In this document: piece after piece, positions 48,401-63,495 of the stretch
How the letters are laid out: every line of letters begins with the position of its first letter
Position numbering within the stretch: the stretch's first letter is position 1
Assembly: GCF_006345805.1 (NCBI RefSeq)
Contig: NC_043010.1
Coordinates: 50,840,001-50,904,000, forward strand
Reading direction: 5' to 3'
Length of the DNA stretch: 64,000 nucleotides
Source of the DNA: Octopus sinensis
Lineage: Eukaryota
The notes under the pieces: generated by a model
Told to the model about the DNA's origin: nothing
The model's database searches: none
What the model saw: the letters and a program-made list of their open reading frames with translations, nothing else
Translations under genes and position numbers: made by a program

Positions 48401-48421
48401 ATATGTATCAATTCTATATAT

Positions 48422-48465
<44 letters not shown>

Positions 48466-48575
48466 GTATATGTATATATATGTATATGTATATATATATA
48501 TATGTATATGTATATGTATATTGCCGCTGGTGGCAATAAATTATACAAAAATTTTCCTTGCCACCCTATATTGAT

Positions 48576-48610
<35 letters not shown>

Positions 48611-48641
48611 GTATGTATATATATATGTATGTATATATATG

Positions 48642-48674
<33 letters not shown>

Positions 48675-48697
48675 GATATATATATATTATAATATAG

Positions 48698-48730
<33 letters not shown>

Positions 48731-49023
48731 TGTATATATATTATATATATATGTATATATATATGTATGTATATATATAATATGTATATATATATGTATG
48801 TATTATATATATATTATATATATATATATATTATATATGTTTATGTATATATATATATATGTATATATATATGTGTATGTAATATATATATTGTATATAT
48901 ATATATGTATATATATATATATGTATATATAGTTATAATTATATATATATTATTATATATATATATGTATATATATATATATTATATATATATATATGTA
49001 TATGGATATATATATATATATTA

Positions 49024-49081
<58 letters not shown>

Positions 49082-50211
49082 GATATATATATGGACCAAA
49101 ATGTATGCACGCCACTATATATATATACAAAATGGGACAAGAACGCAAAACATCCGTATGCTCTTGGTTTGGTTTTTCCTTGGGGCTGGCCAGATTGGAG
49201 CAGTCTCAAGGGTGATCGGTCGAAGTTGCAAGGATAGTCTGGGGCTTGACTGAGGAGGTAAAGCTTCGAATGGTCCGTCCTGTTTTCTTTGTGTCACCTA
49301 TCTTGTGTAAAGGCCAACAGGAAGCGTTGATGCTTCCTAGAGCTAAATAGCGGTGGTGTAATTCCCTCTATGGGACTGTCCTGTTAAGTTGACAGTATAT
49401 AACTGCTCTATCGTTCCACCACCGCTCATATCTCTCTGAAATATTTAGAAATTTAATATTTCTAATATATATATATTATAAGTATATAATGGGTGGATTT
49501 GGTAGACGGAAACTGAAAGAAGCCTGTCATATATATGTATATATATATATATATGTTTGTGTGTCTGTGTTTGTCCCCCTAGCATTGCTTAACAACTGAT
49601 GCTGGTGTGTTTACGTCCCCATAACTTAGCGGTTCGGCAAAAGAGATGGATAAAGTAAGTACTGGGCTTACAAAGAATAAGTCTCGGGGTGCTCCAATAT
49701 GGCCGCAGTCAAATGACTGAAACAAGTAAAAGAGTAAAGAGTATATATATATTATAAGTATATATAATATATGTTTTTATATATATAATATATCATCATC
49801 ATCATCATCATCATCGTTTAGCGTCCGTTTTCCATGCTAGCATGGGTTGGACGGGTCAACTGGGGTCTGTGAAGCTGGAAGGCTTCGTCAGGCCCAGTCA
49901 GATCTGGCAGTGTTTCTACGGCTGGATGCCTTTCCTAACGCCAACCACTCCGCGAGTGTAGTGGGTGTTTTTTACGTGCCAATATATATATAATATATGT
50001 TTATATATATATGAATCGGTTTCTGACTGAAGAATGAAGGCTTTGAATGACCTGTCTGTTTTTCATGTTCGTCCCTTCGTGTATTTCACGTTATTTATAT
50101 TTATATATGTAAAGTTTTATTCTATATATATATATGCATATGTATATATAATATATATATATGCATATATATATATATGCATATATATATATATGCATAT
50201 ATATATATATA

Positions 50212-50265
<54 letters not shown>

Positions 50266-52293
50266 TATATATATATATATATATATATGCACATATATAT
50301 ATATATATGCATATATATATATATATATGCATATAGATATATATATATGCATATATATGCATATATATATATATATGCATATAGATATATATATATGCAT
50401 ATATATATATATGCATATATATATATATAATATGCATATAGATATATATATATATGCATATAGATATATATATATATGCATATATATATAGTGTATATAT
50501 ATATATATATAATATATATATATTATATGTTAGTGAAGACAAATAAATGCTACTTTATCACACTCAAACCACATTGCCTGTGACTTTGCCTTGTTCTATG
50601 ATACAAACTTTCTGTTTTAAAATCATAATGAAAACCTTCCATCAAAATTTCATGTTATTTTCCAAATACAAACTTAATAATATCGGGTATTTTTTTTAAA
50701 TTCTTCATTATTTTCAGCTTTAATTGGAATAAAGACAGTGTATTTCAGCAAAAATATGGTAAGAAAAGGATTAAGACGAGACACCGTAGATCTTAATTGC
50801 ACACACATATCTACAAAACTTGATACACACTGAGCACAAGGGAACTTCCACACAGTTACTTGACCTGCTAGAAATAGTAACCAAATCACACAATCATAGA
50901 AAGTGGAGGATATATTAAATAATCCTTTGCCGCTCATCTCCTTGCATAAAGTTATCCCATCTCCAGTTCAGTCTTACAAACTTCTCCATGGCCTCACTAG
51001 TGCTTGTGCCACGAAAAAAGAAAAAAATGCTCCCAGAGTATTTTGCAAAGTGAGTGACACTAGGAAGAGTATTCAGCTGCAGAAACCATGCCAAAGCAGA
51101 CACTGAAGCATGATACAGTTTTTGGTGCTCATGGCATCTTGTGAAGCTGTCTAACCATTGCCAGCATGGAACATGGATGTCAAATGATGATGGTTATAGT
51201 GATGCCTCTAAAAACATGATCTAATCATAGCTGGAATATTTTTAGACATGGGGCTAATTAACTTGCCTGGCCTCTGTGCCGGTAGCACGTAAAAAGCACC
51301 ATCCAATCGTGGCTGTTTGCCAGCCTCGTCTGGCACCTGTGCCGGTGGCACGAAAAAAGCACCCACTACACTCATGGAGTGGCTGGCGTTAGGAAGGGCA
51401 TCCAGCCGTAGAAACATTGCCAGATCAGACTGGGCCTGGTGTAGCCTTCTGGCTTCCCAGACCCCAGTTGAACCATCCAACCCATGCAAGCATGGAAAGC
51501 GGATGCTAAACGATGATGATGATGATGATGAATTAGATACACATATCCTATGGATTAGTCTTGGTTCTTAAAAGATGAAACAGGTTCCTGCTAGGGGGTA
51601 GCGGAGGCCAAAAACAACAGCATGTAGCTAATGGGTTCTATCGATTTAACAAGAAAAGGAATTTAAGATAATCTTATTTTTATATGATTTTCTTGATTTC
51701 TTAGTTTAGTGAGTGCAGACAGGAATTAAAGTGGGTGCTTGGAGCTAAGCTCAATTCTCTAGATGTTGTCAACAAAAATTGACAGTTATTTGAAACTGGG
51801 GATCCCAACTGGGCTGATATCACAGTTTGAATTAACTAACACAAGTGTCATAAAATTGGCTTCTAACCTGAGCCAAAAAGTAAAACTTAATGGTAAGATT
51901 TTAAAGCATAAACACAAATAGCATCCATCCATCTACTCTACCCACTGTTCGAGGGAGGGTTGTGGAGATAGATTCCTCAGGCACCTCCTCCATCAGGTCT
52001 TGTTAGAAGCAACCACTGTTAGACCTAACATGAAATATATGACCTCATGCCAAGCTTAATTATTAGTTTAAGAACTAAGTGCCTATGATGTTTGTGTTAT
52101 GGCACATCGTAACACAGAGAATTACTCCAAAGCTTATATGCAGAGGCACAGGTGTGACTGTGTGGTAAGAAGTTTACTTCCCAATCACATGGTTTTGGGT
52201 TCAATCCTACTGTGTTGCACCTTGGGTTATTATCTTGTACTATAGTTCCAGGCTGACCAAAGCCATCTAAGTGGAATTGGTAGATGGAAACTG

Positions 52294-52393
<100 letters not shown>

Positions 52394-55300
52394 TGCATAT
52401 ACATATACAAGTGTGTGTATGTTGTGTCTCCTTGTTCTGCCATCATGTGATAGCTGTAAAATAATTGTCACTGTTATACAAGCAGTGTCAATCATTACCA
52501 ACATTCTTTGAGAACACGTGTGGCTAGGGGGAAACATAACCTTCCTTGGAAACAGGTGAGAGTTGGTGACAGGAAGGGAACCTACAAAGAAAGTTTGCCT
52601 AAAAAAAAACTCCATCTGACCGATGGAAAAATGAATGTTAAAATAATGTTGATTCTCTCTCTCTCTGCAACCATCCGTATCACCTTTCCCTAATCAGAAA
52701 ACAACCCTGTAACAAATAGCTTTGCATACAACTTCCTGTAACAGATGTCTTAGTACACTATACTTGTAAGTAGTCTCTCCCTATCTTGAATGTGTTATAG
52801 TTAGTACATATAGGCAGATCCCTTTTAGTCTTGTGCTGTGTATATGTTGTATTCTCATTTTATATAGCTGATTTCAGTGTATATATAGTATTGTGTTGAG
52901 GAGACTGTTTGTGTATGTTGAGGAGACTGTTTGTGTGGCTGTTTGGTAAGACGTTTGCTTAATGTACACAGGCATGGCTGTGTGGTTAAGGAGCTTGCAT
53001 TGCAACCATGTGGTGTTTCAGGTTCAGTCCCCCCGTGCAGCGCCTTGGCCAAGTGTCTTTTTCTATAGTTCTGGCTGACCAATGCCTTGCAAGTGAATTT
53101 GGTGTAGAAGCCATCAGATACACACACACACATAATGGATTTGTTCCTCATTGTCTTCTAAATGTGAGTAGCCATGTAGCTCCTATACAACAAGAACTTG
53201 CTCTGAGCAACCCCACTTCTTCAGGTTTTGTAGATTTGTGAGCTGTGTGGTGACCTCACTAGTGCCAGCAGCACAGGAAAAACACCCAATAAACGCTATT
53301 AGGAAGGATATCCAGCCATAGTATCCATGATAAAGTGGACACTGGAGCACAATGCAGTCCTTAGTCCCATTGGATCCTCTCAAACTGCCCATGTTCCATG
53401 CTGGCTTGGAACATGGATGTTAAATGATAATAATAGATATGTGTATGTATGTGTCTGACTCTGTGTTTGTTCCACTCACCATGTGACAACTGGTATTGCT
53501 TTTTTTTTATTTATGTTTCTCTAACTTAGCAGTTTGGCAAAAGATGCTGATAAAATAAGTACAAGACTTTAAAAAATAATTACAGGAGTACAAGGGTCGA
53601 TTTGTTCAACTAAACACTTCAAGGTGGTGCTCCAGCATGGCTGTAGTCGAATGACTGAAACAAATTAAAAATAAAAGATTAATAATATCCATCTTTTGCA
53701 TGTGTGTGTGTGTGTGTGTGCATGTGTGTGTGTGTGTGTGTGTAACTGGACCATGTAATTCCTAGTTGTATAAATATAGAAAAAAAAAACTCTAAGGTTA
53801 CTCCACTCTCTATTATAATATTGGTTCTAATGGTTGTAATGTTTTGTACAATTATCATCATCATGATTATCAGTCTAACACCTGTTACTTTACTTTTCAG
53901 CATACTCCACCACATACTCACACATATTAAATCAAGTGTGATTCTTATATAAATAACATTAACTAGTATACAAACACATGCTGACATGAATATATATGTA
54001 TGCATATACAAATCCTCTGTGTGTGTGTATGTGTGTGTGTTTGTGTGCACATATACACATATATATATAACCATTGAAATACAATATTACCATCATTATT
54101 ATTGGTTTTAATACCTGTTGGCATTTGTTACATTCCAGTGCTGTCATTTCTTCTCTCATACAGCCTGCCATCCGCAGGTTAGACACAGCTAGTCTTTGTT
54201 AAGTTTTCCATTAATGTAGCTACCTTCCATCAACGTTTTGTTTCTCTCTCTGCGTGCACCATCTATTCAAGTTTCATGTCCATGCTTGTCAGAATGCCAT
54301 TGACACATGAATGTTTAGCACAGCTGTGTTCAGTCTTTCTTGTAGGTTAACAAGACCACTCATCTAAGGAACTGTACACTTGTTCTAACCACTGTAGAAA
54401 TAAGATGGCCAAGTGGATAGGATATTGGCCTACCAACCTATTGATCTTGAGTTCTATCCTACTGTTGAATTCTATTGTAAACTTGAGCATGGCTTAGTGG
54501 TTAGGATATTGGACTCATGATCATAAGATTGTGGTTTCGATTCCTGGACTGGGTGATGCGTTGTGTTCTTGAGCAAAACACTTCATTTCATGTTGCTCCG
54601 GTTCACACAGCTGGTAAAAATGAATAATCCAGTGATGGATTTATGTCCCATCCAAGGAGGAATATATATGCCAGAGAAACCTGGAAACTGGCCCTATGCT
54701 CCTCAAAAGAATAATGTAGAATAACCAACACTTAATCCTTTGTGCTTCAGTTCCCCTAGTTGTTGCAAACAAATACTAAATTATCTGGTATAGATTGGTG
54801 TTCTATCCAAGAGAAAACATATTATCCATTTAATGCCATGAAATTGGATTTAAGGACCAGCCCTTAAGATACATCTACATTTTACATTACTGCAATCACT
54901 GGTGATCCTCTGCATTCAAAGTGTATGTTGTATTGCGATACAGTAACATGTTTGCAAAGCAAGCTTCTTAATCGCATAGTCATGCCTGCACCTAATCCTG
55001 AACAAAAATAATGGCTATGACTGGAATGCCTTGATTACAGGTCTTCTTGATCAAGGCTGACCTGAAATTAAACAACAACTTCTACTGAACCTAACTTGTA
55101 TTTACATTGTATTTGATGTGTCATTATAGATGGATATAAGGCAGTGAGCTGGCAGAATTGTTTGCATGCCAAGCAAAATGCTTAGCAGCATTTCATTTGT
55201 CTTAACACTCTGAGTTCAAATTCTGCTGGGGCTGACTTTGCCTTTCGTACTTTTAGGGTTGATAAAATACGTACCAGTTGAGTGCTAGGCTTGGTGTAAT

Positions 55301-55722
55301 TGGCTTATTCCTACCTTTGAACTTACTGGCCTTATTCCAAAATTTGAAACCATTACAGATGGATAAAAGATGGCAAGCTGTCAAAATCATTAGTTAATCA
55401 GACATGATGTTTAGCGACATTTTTATCCAATCTTTGATTCTGAGTTCAAAATCCGTTGAAGTTAACTTTGCTTTTTATCCTTTTGGGGTCAATAAAATAA
55501 GTACCATTTGAGCTCTGGGGTTGCTATAATCAACTCGCCCCCTTACCCAAATTTAAGGTTTTGTGCCTATTGTAGAAACAATCATTATACATAGATAAAC
55601 TCCCTTACTTTGTGTGTGTGTGTGTGTTGGTGGGTAGCAGTTACACTGTGTATTTGAGTTTATTTATAAAATGTGTTTCTCTCTTTGTTTCCTTTTCTTA
55701 TAGAGGCTACATAAGCTTTACC

Positions 55723-56211
55723 ATGGACCAGTCTGTGTGTCTGGATGATGACGACGATGATATCATCTCCGATATCGTAAATACTGCTCATCTCAACATT
55801 GACCAGGATCCTTTGAGCTCTACATTAGTCCACTCACCTACCACCGATACACTGGACTCTGTGATGCTGGAGCCTTCTCCTTCCGAAGATGGCAGTGAGG
55901 AGCAGGATGGAGAGGAGCTGGCAAAAAGCAATTCAGTAAGTCCAATCCCTGACGATTCTTCATTGCAAGATCTTGAAAGTGATGCCATAGAAGCAGCAAC
56001 AGAAACTGTAGCAGCAGCAGCAGCAGCAACAACAGCAGCAGCAGATGATGATGATGAAGTAGAGGTGACACCTGCTGTTGATGATGAAGAAGTGATCCCC
56101 CCAGTGGAGCAACAAGACCAACAGGATATAATGATAACGATAACTTCACCCACCACATTGGATACAGCAGCAGCATCAAGTGAAAATGAAGAGAAGTCAC
56201 CAGGAGCAGAG
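55723..56211 (+). CDS. TRAPPC12: TRAPPC12 coding exon 1 (acidic low-complexity N-terminus)
   Basis: Acceptor TTCTTATAG at 55703, ATG 55723 (MDQSVCLDDDD..), phase-0 donor GAG|GTAGCT; joins in frame to the conserved exons. Confidence 0.8.
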
Positions 56212-57268
56212 GTAGCTAGCATTTATTTCAGTCTTTTTTTGTTTTTTAATCAGGTGCAGGCATGGCCGTGTGGTAAAAATTTGCTTCCCAAACCACATGG
56301 TTCCGAGTTCAGTACCACTGTGTCATACCTTGGACAAGTGTTTTCTACTTTAGCCTGGGCAAATTAAAGTTTTGTGAGTGGATTTGGTTGATGGAAACTG
56401 AAAGAAGCTTATTTTTTTTTTAGAGCCACTGCAACTGAAATGAAGAAGGAAGAATTGTACTTTAGGCTGAAATTCTTGCAACAGAGTGTACTTTACCAGA
56501 GGCATGTCAGTAACAGGTGGTGGTAATTAAATTGGGCAATGAAATAAGTCTGTTCACCAAAAACAAAAAAAAGAAATGATCTCCCTGACAGATTTCTGTT
56601 TAGTTTCTGTTTACCAAATTTCACTTACAAGGTTTTGGTCAACCTAAAGCTTTTGTAGAAGACACTTACTCAAGGTGTCACACAGTGGTATTGAACCCCA
56701 AACCACACTGAAACTTAGATTGGAAAATACAGTATGAACATTGTGAATGAGAAAGGCAGGCACAAAGGTTAATCTTTCTTGTAAATGCAAAGAGATAGAA
56801 GTGATTGTTGTAATTATAGAAAAGGCCAAAGAATAGTTATAATTTGATGGATTGAGTAGATGAACTAAAGGTTTAATGAAAGGAATTTGTGAAGTAAAAA
56901 GATGGATTGTAAATGTAATTAAGTTAAGAGTAAATGACCTTATGGCTGTAATGGTGCCTTGTGCCTTCTGTCTAATGTAATGCTTATTTGTCCACATTAT
57001 TTTGAATTACTCCTGCATTATGTTTTTGTGTTGAAATTTTGATGATATGCTTGTATATTTTTATATGACATCGTAGGATTGGTGTGAGAGTCTGAAGATA
57101 GTGAGTCTGTACATAAATCAGATACAATATTTAGGCCAGATATAGCTAGTTTAAATACTAAAAGTTTAATCTAGTGTGCCAATTGAAAACAGAAAACGTT
57201 TAAAAGTCTCTGACTGTCTTCTCTTGTGTTTTCTCTCATTTTTATCCATCCTTCTCTCTTCCCTTCAG

Positions 57269-57592
57269 AGTCCTACAGAGTTTCATATTCCAGACAATGA
57301 AGACAATGCAGATCTTCCTGAGCAAGCAGCCAGTGAAGGGACAGCCGAAATGGATGAGAGCTGCTTGAACCAGCCATCAATCAGCAGCTACTTTGCGACA
57401 CCACCAGTGACCAGCAACGACTCGGCTGAGAACTTTTTTGATAACCTAACAATTGATACAAAGCCACCACCGACTTCACCAATACCACCAGCCCTGGATT
57501 CACTCACACTGGAACAGGCAGAGAACTGCAATGAGGTAGTTCATTCACAGAGCACAGACATTTTACCGACATCCCCTAGAAATTTTGCACAG
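57269..57592 (+). CDS. TRAPPC12: TRAPPC12 coding exon 2
   Basis: CCCTTCAG|AGT (SPTEFHIP..RNFAQ), phase-0 donor CAG|GTTGGT. Confidence 0.8.
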
Positions 57593-57761
57593 GTTGGTAG
57601 ATACTCCAGTAGACATATCTGCATGACAAAATATATGGAACTGTTGGGCTTTTTTTTTATGCACATTTATTTGTTACTTGTCAAGTCTCTTGCCTTACAA
57701 CTCTTAAAAGTGATCAATGCCAAGATCAGTAGAGCTCTAGATAAAGCTCTACCTGTCTAAC

Positions 57762-58095
57762 ACCCGTGGACATGTTTACAAAGTCAGAAAACAGCACAGC
57801 TCCCATGACTTTCAGAAACATCTTTTTCACGCTAAGAATTGCTGAAGCATGGAACAAACTGCCGGCATCAGTTGTTAGTTGTCGGAGCACTGCATCCTTC
57901 AAAACTTCCATGCTTCCTGAGATTCACCAACACTACACCTGATTTTCTCCCCTCCATACACACGCAAGCATGTATCTGACTCATACACTGTTCACTTCCC
58001 AGCCATTTGTATATTACTGCATATGCTTTATATGCACTTTTGACAAGTTGTGGTGCACCTGAGCACTGTATACAATAATTTCATTATTATATTAT
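57762..58095 (+). mobile_element. CR1-clade LINE 3' fragment
   Basis: NTRGHVYKVRKQ..F.LRIAEAWNKLPASVV..F pattern with an indel, then a 3' UTR ending in (ATT)n. Confidence 0.85.
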
Positions 58096-58638
58096 ATATA
58101 TTAAATACCTTGTGTTATTTAGTTACATCCTTTTACATTCTAAGTTTGAATTCTGAAGAGGTCAACATTTCAACATTACCTTTCAAATTTACTCCCCTCT
58201 GGAGGGGTCAGTAAAATAACGTACCAGTACACTACAGATACTACAGCATGTGTATTAGCTCTGATTGTTGCTTACATTTGTACCTAAATACCATTGTTTT
58301 TCTTATTTCTTCTAGTTTATTCCTTATCCTCACCAATAGGCCTGTAATAACCGTCATCGTCCAAACATTTAAACATTTTTTTATGCTATTCATTTCATAA
58401 CCTTTGTCAACAATCTCTTTTTCATAATTTATGTATGTATGTGCTTGTGTGTGTATATGTGTGTTGTGCAGGCATGGTTGTGTGATTAAGAAGCTTGCTT
58501 CTCAACAATGTGAGCTTGGTGTTAGTCTAAATGCATGGCGCTTTGGTAAGTGTCTTCTACTATAGTCCTTGGAGTGGATTTTGATAGAAACTACCACTAC
58601 CACCACTACTACTACTACTACTACTGTTTCTCTAATAG

Positions 58639-59334
58639 GTACACCAAGAACCTGAAAGCGTCACATTTGAAGGAACCGAATCTGTTCTTGAAGAAAACTG
58701 CAATGCACAAGAAAAGGAAGATTTTCTTTTAGATGATGAAGAATTTGAATCATTCACTGCAGAAGAAAGCCAGATTGGATTTGAACTTGGTTTGACTAGC
58801 TCTCCGAAACAAGTACTACCAGAAAATTATTCACACAGCACCGATCACACTCCCCATGAAAGAGAACGACATGTTTCTTCGTCTTCTAGTAAAACACCAC
58901 TATCATCAGAGGTTGTCAGGGAGAACAGTATGAACCAGTTCTTCTCTGAAGTATCACCCTCACTGGCTGAAGAGCCAGACGTGCCACTATCACCCGCAAT
59001 TAACACATCACCCGCAGTACCAAAACTAGTTGCTACTGAAAATGTCATTGTTCAGGCTGCAGTCTCCAGTCATGGTACGCCTGTCCATCAAAACCAACAC
59101 ATCTCATCCGCTGGAGTTTCATCAGTACCTTTCCAACAGTTCATCGAAGATGTCAACACGGACGACCTCTTTACGATGGGTCTTGACATGAGCGATTCTG
59201 ACCGACGGCATGATGCTTGGGTCCCTGTAGAATCAACACAGAAGATACTCAATGAGATTGCTTCAGCACAAGAAAAACCTGAATACACTTCAGAAATGCT
59301 CTCTACTCCAGGCATCACAGTTGAAGAAGCACAA
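58639..59334 (+). CDS. TRAPPC12: TRAPPC12 coding exon 3
   Basis: TCTAATAG|GTA open frame through DRRHDAWVP (recalled human DRRNDAWLP) to EEAQ|GTAAGG. Confidence 0.88.
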
Positions 59335-59599
59335 GTAAGGCTCTTGTACATCACTTTAATTGTTGATTTCTTTTTCTTTTTTCTTTTGTTTTAACATTCT
59401 CTTGTGCTTTTAAAGTATGTTGTAGCTAACTGGCTGCAGAATGTAAAGGATTTTAATGGGAAAGAACATTTAAGCAAGCTTTGAATATAACAAAGATATG
59501 TCAGATTCCCATCTTCTCACACTATACAAAATTACATTAATGGGGTATATTATATACACTGCACAATGTAAACATAACTATATGCAGTGCTCACTATAT

Positions 59600-59828
59600 G
59601 GCGGCGAGCTGGCAGAAACATTAGCACGACAGGCGAAATGCGTAACCGTATTTCGTCTGCCGTTACATTCTGGGTTCAAATTCCGCCGAGGTCAACTTTG
59701 CCTTTCATCCTTTCGAGGTCGATAAATTAAGTACCAGTTATGCACTGGGGTCGATGTAATTGACTTAGTCCCTTTGTCTATCCTTGTTTATCCCCTCTGT
59801 GTTTAGCCCCTTGTGGGTAGTAAAGAAA
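59600..59828 (+). mobile_element. SINE family A with flanking duplication ATATGCAGTGCTCAC
   Basis: Full-length copy; another at 60172-60402 flanked by ATATGCACACATA. Confidence 0.9.
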
Positions 59829-59901
59829 TATATATGCAGTGCTCACATACATACATACATGCACACATTGCACACAAAATAACATTACTAGGTATAGCAT
59901 G

Positions 59902-59933
<32 letters not shown>

Positions 59934-60820
59934 TGCACACACACATGCATGTACAGATACATACATATGCGCAAACACTCTCTACACACAAAATACATTA
60001 CTAGGTGCTGCACACACGGATACACACATATATAAAGACTGACAAACACACACACTGCAAGGTACAGCACTTGCACACAGATACACATACATACACACAC
60101 ACTTTACACAATAACTTTACTATGTTCAGCAGACACATAACTTCACACATATAGCTATATGCACACATATAAGGCGGCGAGCTGGCAGAAACATTAGCGC
60201 GCCGGGCGAAATGCTTAGCGGTATTTCGTCTGTCATTACATTCTGAGTACAAATTCCGCCGAGGTCGACTTTGCCTTTCATCCTTTTGGAGTCGATAAAT
60301 AAAGTACCAGTTTCGCACTAGGGTTGATGTAATTGACTCAATCCCTTTGTCTGTCCTTGTTTGTCCTCTGTATGTTTAGCCCCTTGTGGGTGGTAAAGAA
60401 ATATATATGCACACATACACATATTATTAGACACAGTACGTACACACACACATTATTAGGTACAGTATACGTGCACATTACTAGGCATATATTACTGTTA
60501 CTAGAGATATACACACATACAACAAAATGTAACATTATAAGTTACAGCACTCAAACACAGATACACACACACAACAATAAAAAAATAACTTTAATAGGTA
60601 CAGTATACAACCGTAAATATATTTAAACACATTCACACCACACCCCACTCCAAAAACCTTCATGGTCTTAAATGACTTGGGATCCAGTTTGGTCATGCAA
60701 GATAGAGACTCATTAAAGGATATTGATTAAAAAATAATTTATATTTTGATAGAGTTGATGATGATGATGATGATAATGATTAATGAACAATATTGCTTTC
60801 TTTTTATTTTTCTTGTGCAG

Positions 60821-60937
60821 CCTGATCCCATTCAAGAGATGTTACGGAAATTCATGGGAGACGATGAAGCTGATCTCAGGCAAACAATGTCGGCTGATGC
60901 TGTCTCACAGGATACTGATGGCTTGTGTAAACTTGTG
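60821..60937 (+). CDS. TRAPPC12: TRAPPC12 coding exon 4
   Basis: TGTGCAG|CCT PDPIQEMLRKFMGDDEADLRQTMSADAVSQDTDGLCKLV|GTATGT; matches recalled human [38 protein letters not shown]. Confidence 0.92.
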
Positions 60938-60959
60938 GTATGTATTGTACTATGTGTCA

Positions 60960-61600
60960 TCATCGTCATCATCATTTAACATCTGTTTTCCATGCTGGCA
61001 TGAGTTGGATGGTTTGATAGGTGTTGACCAGTAGAAGGACTGTTCAGGCTCCCTGTCTATTTTGGCATGTTTTCTACAGCTCAATGCCCTTCCTAGTGCC
61101 AACTGTTTTGCAGAGTGTACTGGCGGCAAGCTAGCAGAAACATTAGCACACTGGACGAAATGCTTAGTGGTATTTTGTCTGCCGTTACGTTCTGAGTTCA
61201 AATTCCGCCAAGGTCGACTTTGCCTTTCATCCTTTTGGGTCAATAAATTAAGTACCAGTTATGCACTGGGGTCGATGTAATCGACTTAATGTCCGTGTTT
61301 GTTCCCTCTATGTTTAGCCCCTTATGGGCAATAAAGAAATAAGAGTGTACTGGTGCTTTCACACAACACCGGCACAGGTGCTTTTTACACGGCACCAGCA
61401 CCTACAAACCTGCAAGATTAGGGATGCTCATCTGGAGAGGGTTGCAGGGGGTGAGCCTGTATGCAAGGACAACCATGCTTTTACTTAGTTTGACATGTCT
61501 TTTCAAGCACAGCAAATTGCCAGGCGTCTTGGTCCCCTGTCATCCCCTCTGCGAGTCCCAATGTCTGTAGATTCTTTCTCACCCCTTTGTCCCACATCTT
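60960..61600 (-). mobile_element. RTE LINE 3' fragment interrupted by SINE A (61122-61341)
   Basis: ORF2 end remnant (WDKGV..LGL..MT.D..W..AV.EKT) plus 3' UTR; SINE flanked by AGAGTGTACT. Confidence 0.8.
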
Positions 61601-62062
61601 ACATATCTGTATATATATAAATGAAAAGAAAACGGAAATTTGCAATTGACATATTTTAATTTATTAACATAATATAATGTAAATATTATAATCTTACAAT
61701 TGTTTCGATTCAGACCCAATAATAAATTTATAAAAATTCATGTTTTTGGGTAAGAATCTCATCAGGGAATATTTAACAAAAATTACATATGAGGATTTTT
61801 AGATCCTAAAACTGAATTAAATATGTTTGTAAGCATGAGCATCAATAATTTTTTAAAATGTATAATAAAAATATTATAATAAAAACAAAAAATTGAAATA
61901 AATAAAAAATAAATAAATAAATCTAATATAATGCTCATAATTAATGTTTATGTACTTTTAAAAATATTAATTTAAATATATTTTTGCACATTAAGTTTAA
62001 AAAAAAAACAGAAATAATATGCTAAGAAAAATCCAATATTTTGTTTCTTTTCTTTTGTACAG

Positions 62063-62176
62063 AAGAACGAATGCTTCCGCGCTGCTGTCGAAATGACTGG
62101 GAGGCTGTTGATTGCTGCCAAACAAGGTCCTGATAATATTGGGCAGATCACACTGCACACACCTCACATTTTACAG
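62063..62176 (+). CDS. TRAPPC12: TRAPPC12 coding exon 5; the gene continues beyond the window
   Basis: TTTTGTACAG|AAG KNECFRAAVEMTGRLLIAAKQGPDNIGQITLHTPHILQ|GTAGGT; matches recalled human [30 protein letters not shown]. Confidence 0.92.
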
Positions 62177-62427
62177 GTAGGTAATTTGGGGTCTTGTGCT
62201 AAAGACATTTGAAGAGATTCCATGCAGTTCACATCAGTCATAAGAAAATTTTGGGCAGGTCTAACAGCAAACACTTCACGCTTAAACAGGTGGGGCATTG
62301 AAGGTCTGGTGATGCTGGTGACGCTGGTGTTGGTGGTATTATCAGTTATAGGAGAAATAGCCCTAAAAACAGGTTTGATGATATAAGCAGGAAAACAGAA
62401 TTTGAAACATGAGTTTCTTGTATATAT

Positions 62428-62832
62428 AGCGCAGGAGTGGCTGTGTGGTAAGTAGCTTGCTTACTAACCACATGGTTCCAGGTTCATTCCCACTGAGTGG
62501 CACCTTTGGCAAGTGTCTTCTACTATAGCCTCAGGCCGACCAAAGACTTGTGAGTGGATTTGGTAGCTGGAAACTGAAAGAAGCCCGTCGTATGTATGTA
62601 TATATATATATGTGTGTGTGTATATATTTGTGTGTTTGTGTTTGTCCCCCCAACATCGCTTGACAACCGATGCTGGTGTTTTTACGTCCCCGTAACTTAG
62701 CGGTTCGGCAAAAGAGACCGATAGAATAAGTACTAGGCTTACAAAGAATAAGTCCTGGGGTCGATTTGCTCGACTAAAGGCTGTGCTCCAGCATGGCCAC
62801 AGTCAAATGACCGAAACCAGTAAAAGAGTAAA
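62428..62832 (+). mobile_element. SINE family B
   Basis: Full-length intronic copy. Confidence 0.9.
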
Positions 62833-63340
62833 GAAGTATATATTTTTTGTATCTTTTTACTTGTTTGTGAAGGCGCATGACTCAGTGGTTAGAGTGCTGG
62901 GCTCACAATCATGAGGTAGTGAGTTTCACATTATTCCAGTTCACTCAACTGTAGAAATGAGTTGCAACATCACTGGTGTTAAGCTGTACCAGCCCTTGGA
63001 TAACATCAGTGGTATGGAGAGAGGAAACTGCTATGCATGGGCAACTGGTGGTCTTCCGTAAACAACTTTGCTCGGACTTGTGCCCCAGAGGGTAACTTTC
63101 TAGGTGCAATCCCATGGTCATTCATGACTGAAGGGGGTCTTTACCTTTTACCATTATTTGCCTAACTCGTTAGACTGCAGTTATGCTGTGGCACTGTCCT
63201 GAAGGGTTTAGTCAAATGAATCACCCCAAGAACTTAATTTTTTTTAAAGCCCTGGTTCTTATTCTATTGGTCTCGTTTTGCCAAACTGTTAAGTTATATG
63301 GATATAAGCAAACCAACACTGGTTGATGAGTGGTGGCAGG

Positions 63341-63373
<33 letters not shown>

Positions 63374-63459
63374 ACACATTTCCAGGTCAACCAAAGCTTT
63401 GTGAATGGATTTGGTTTGACAAAATCTGTGGAAATGCATTCTCTCTCTCTCTGTATATG

Positions 63460-63495
<36 letters not shown>

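Noticed and set aside
50028-50065. CTGAAGA motif as another hammerhead
   Set aside because: No GAAAC box or paired stem II follows.
62170-62390. ~75-codon open frame antisense to the TRAPPC12 exon 5/intron boundary
   Set aside because: No acceptor site or recognisable homology; compatible with chance.
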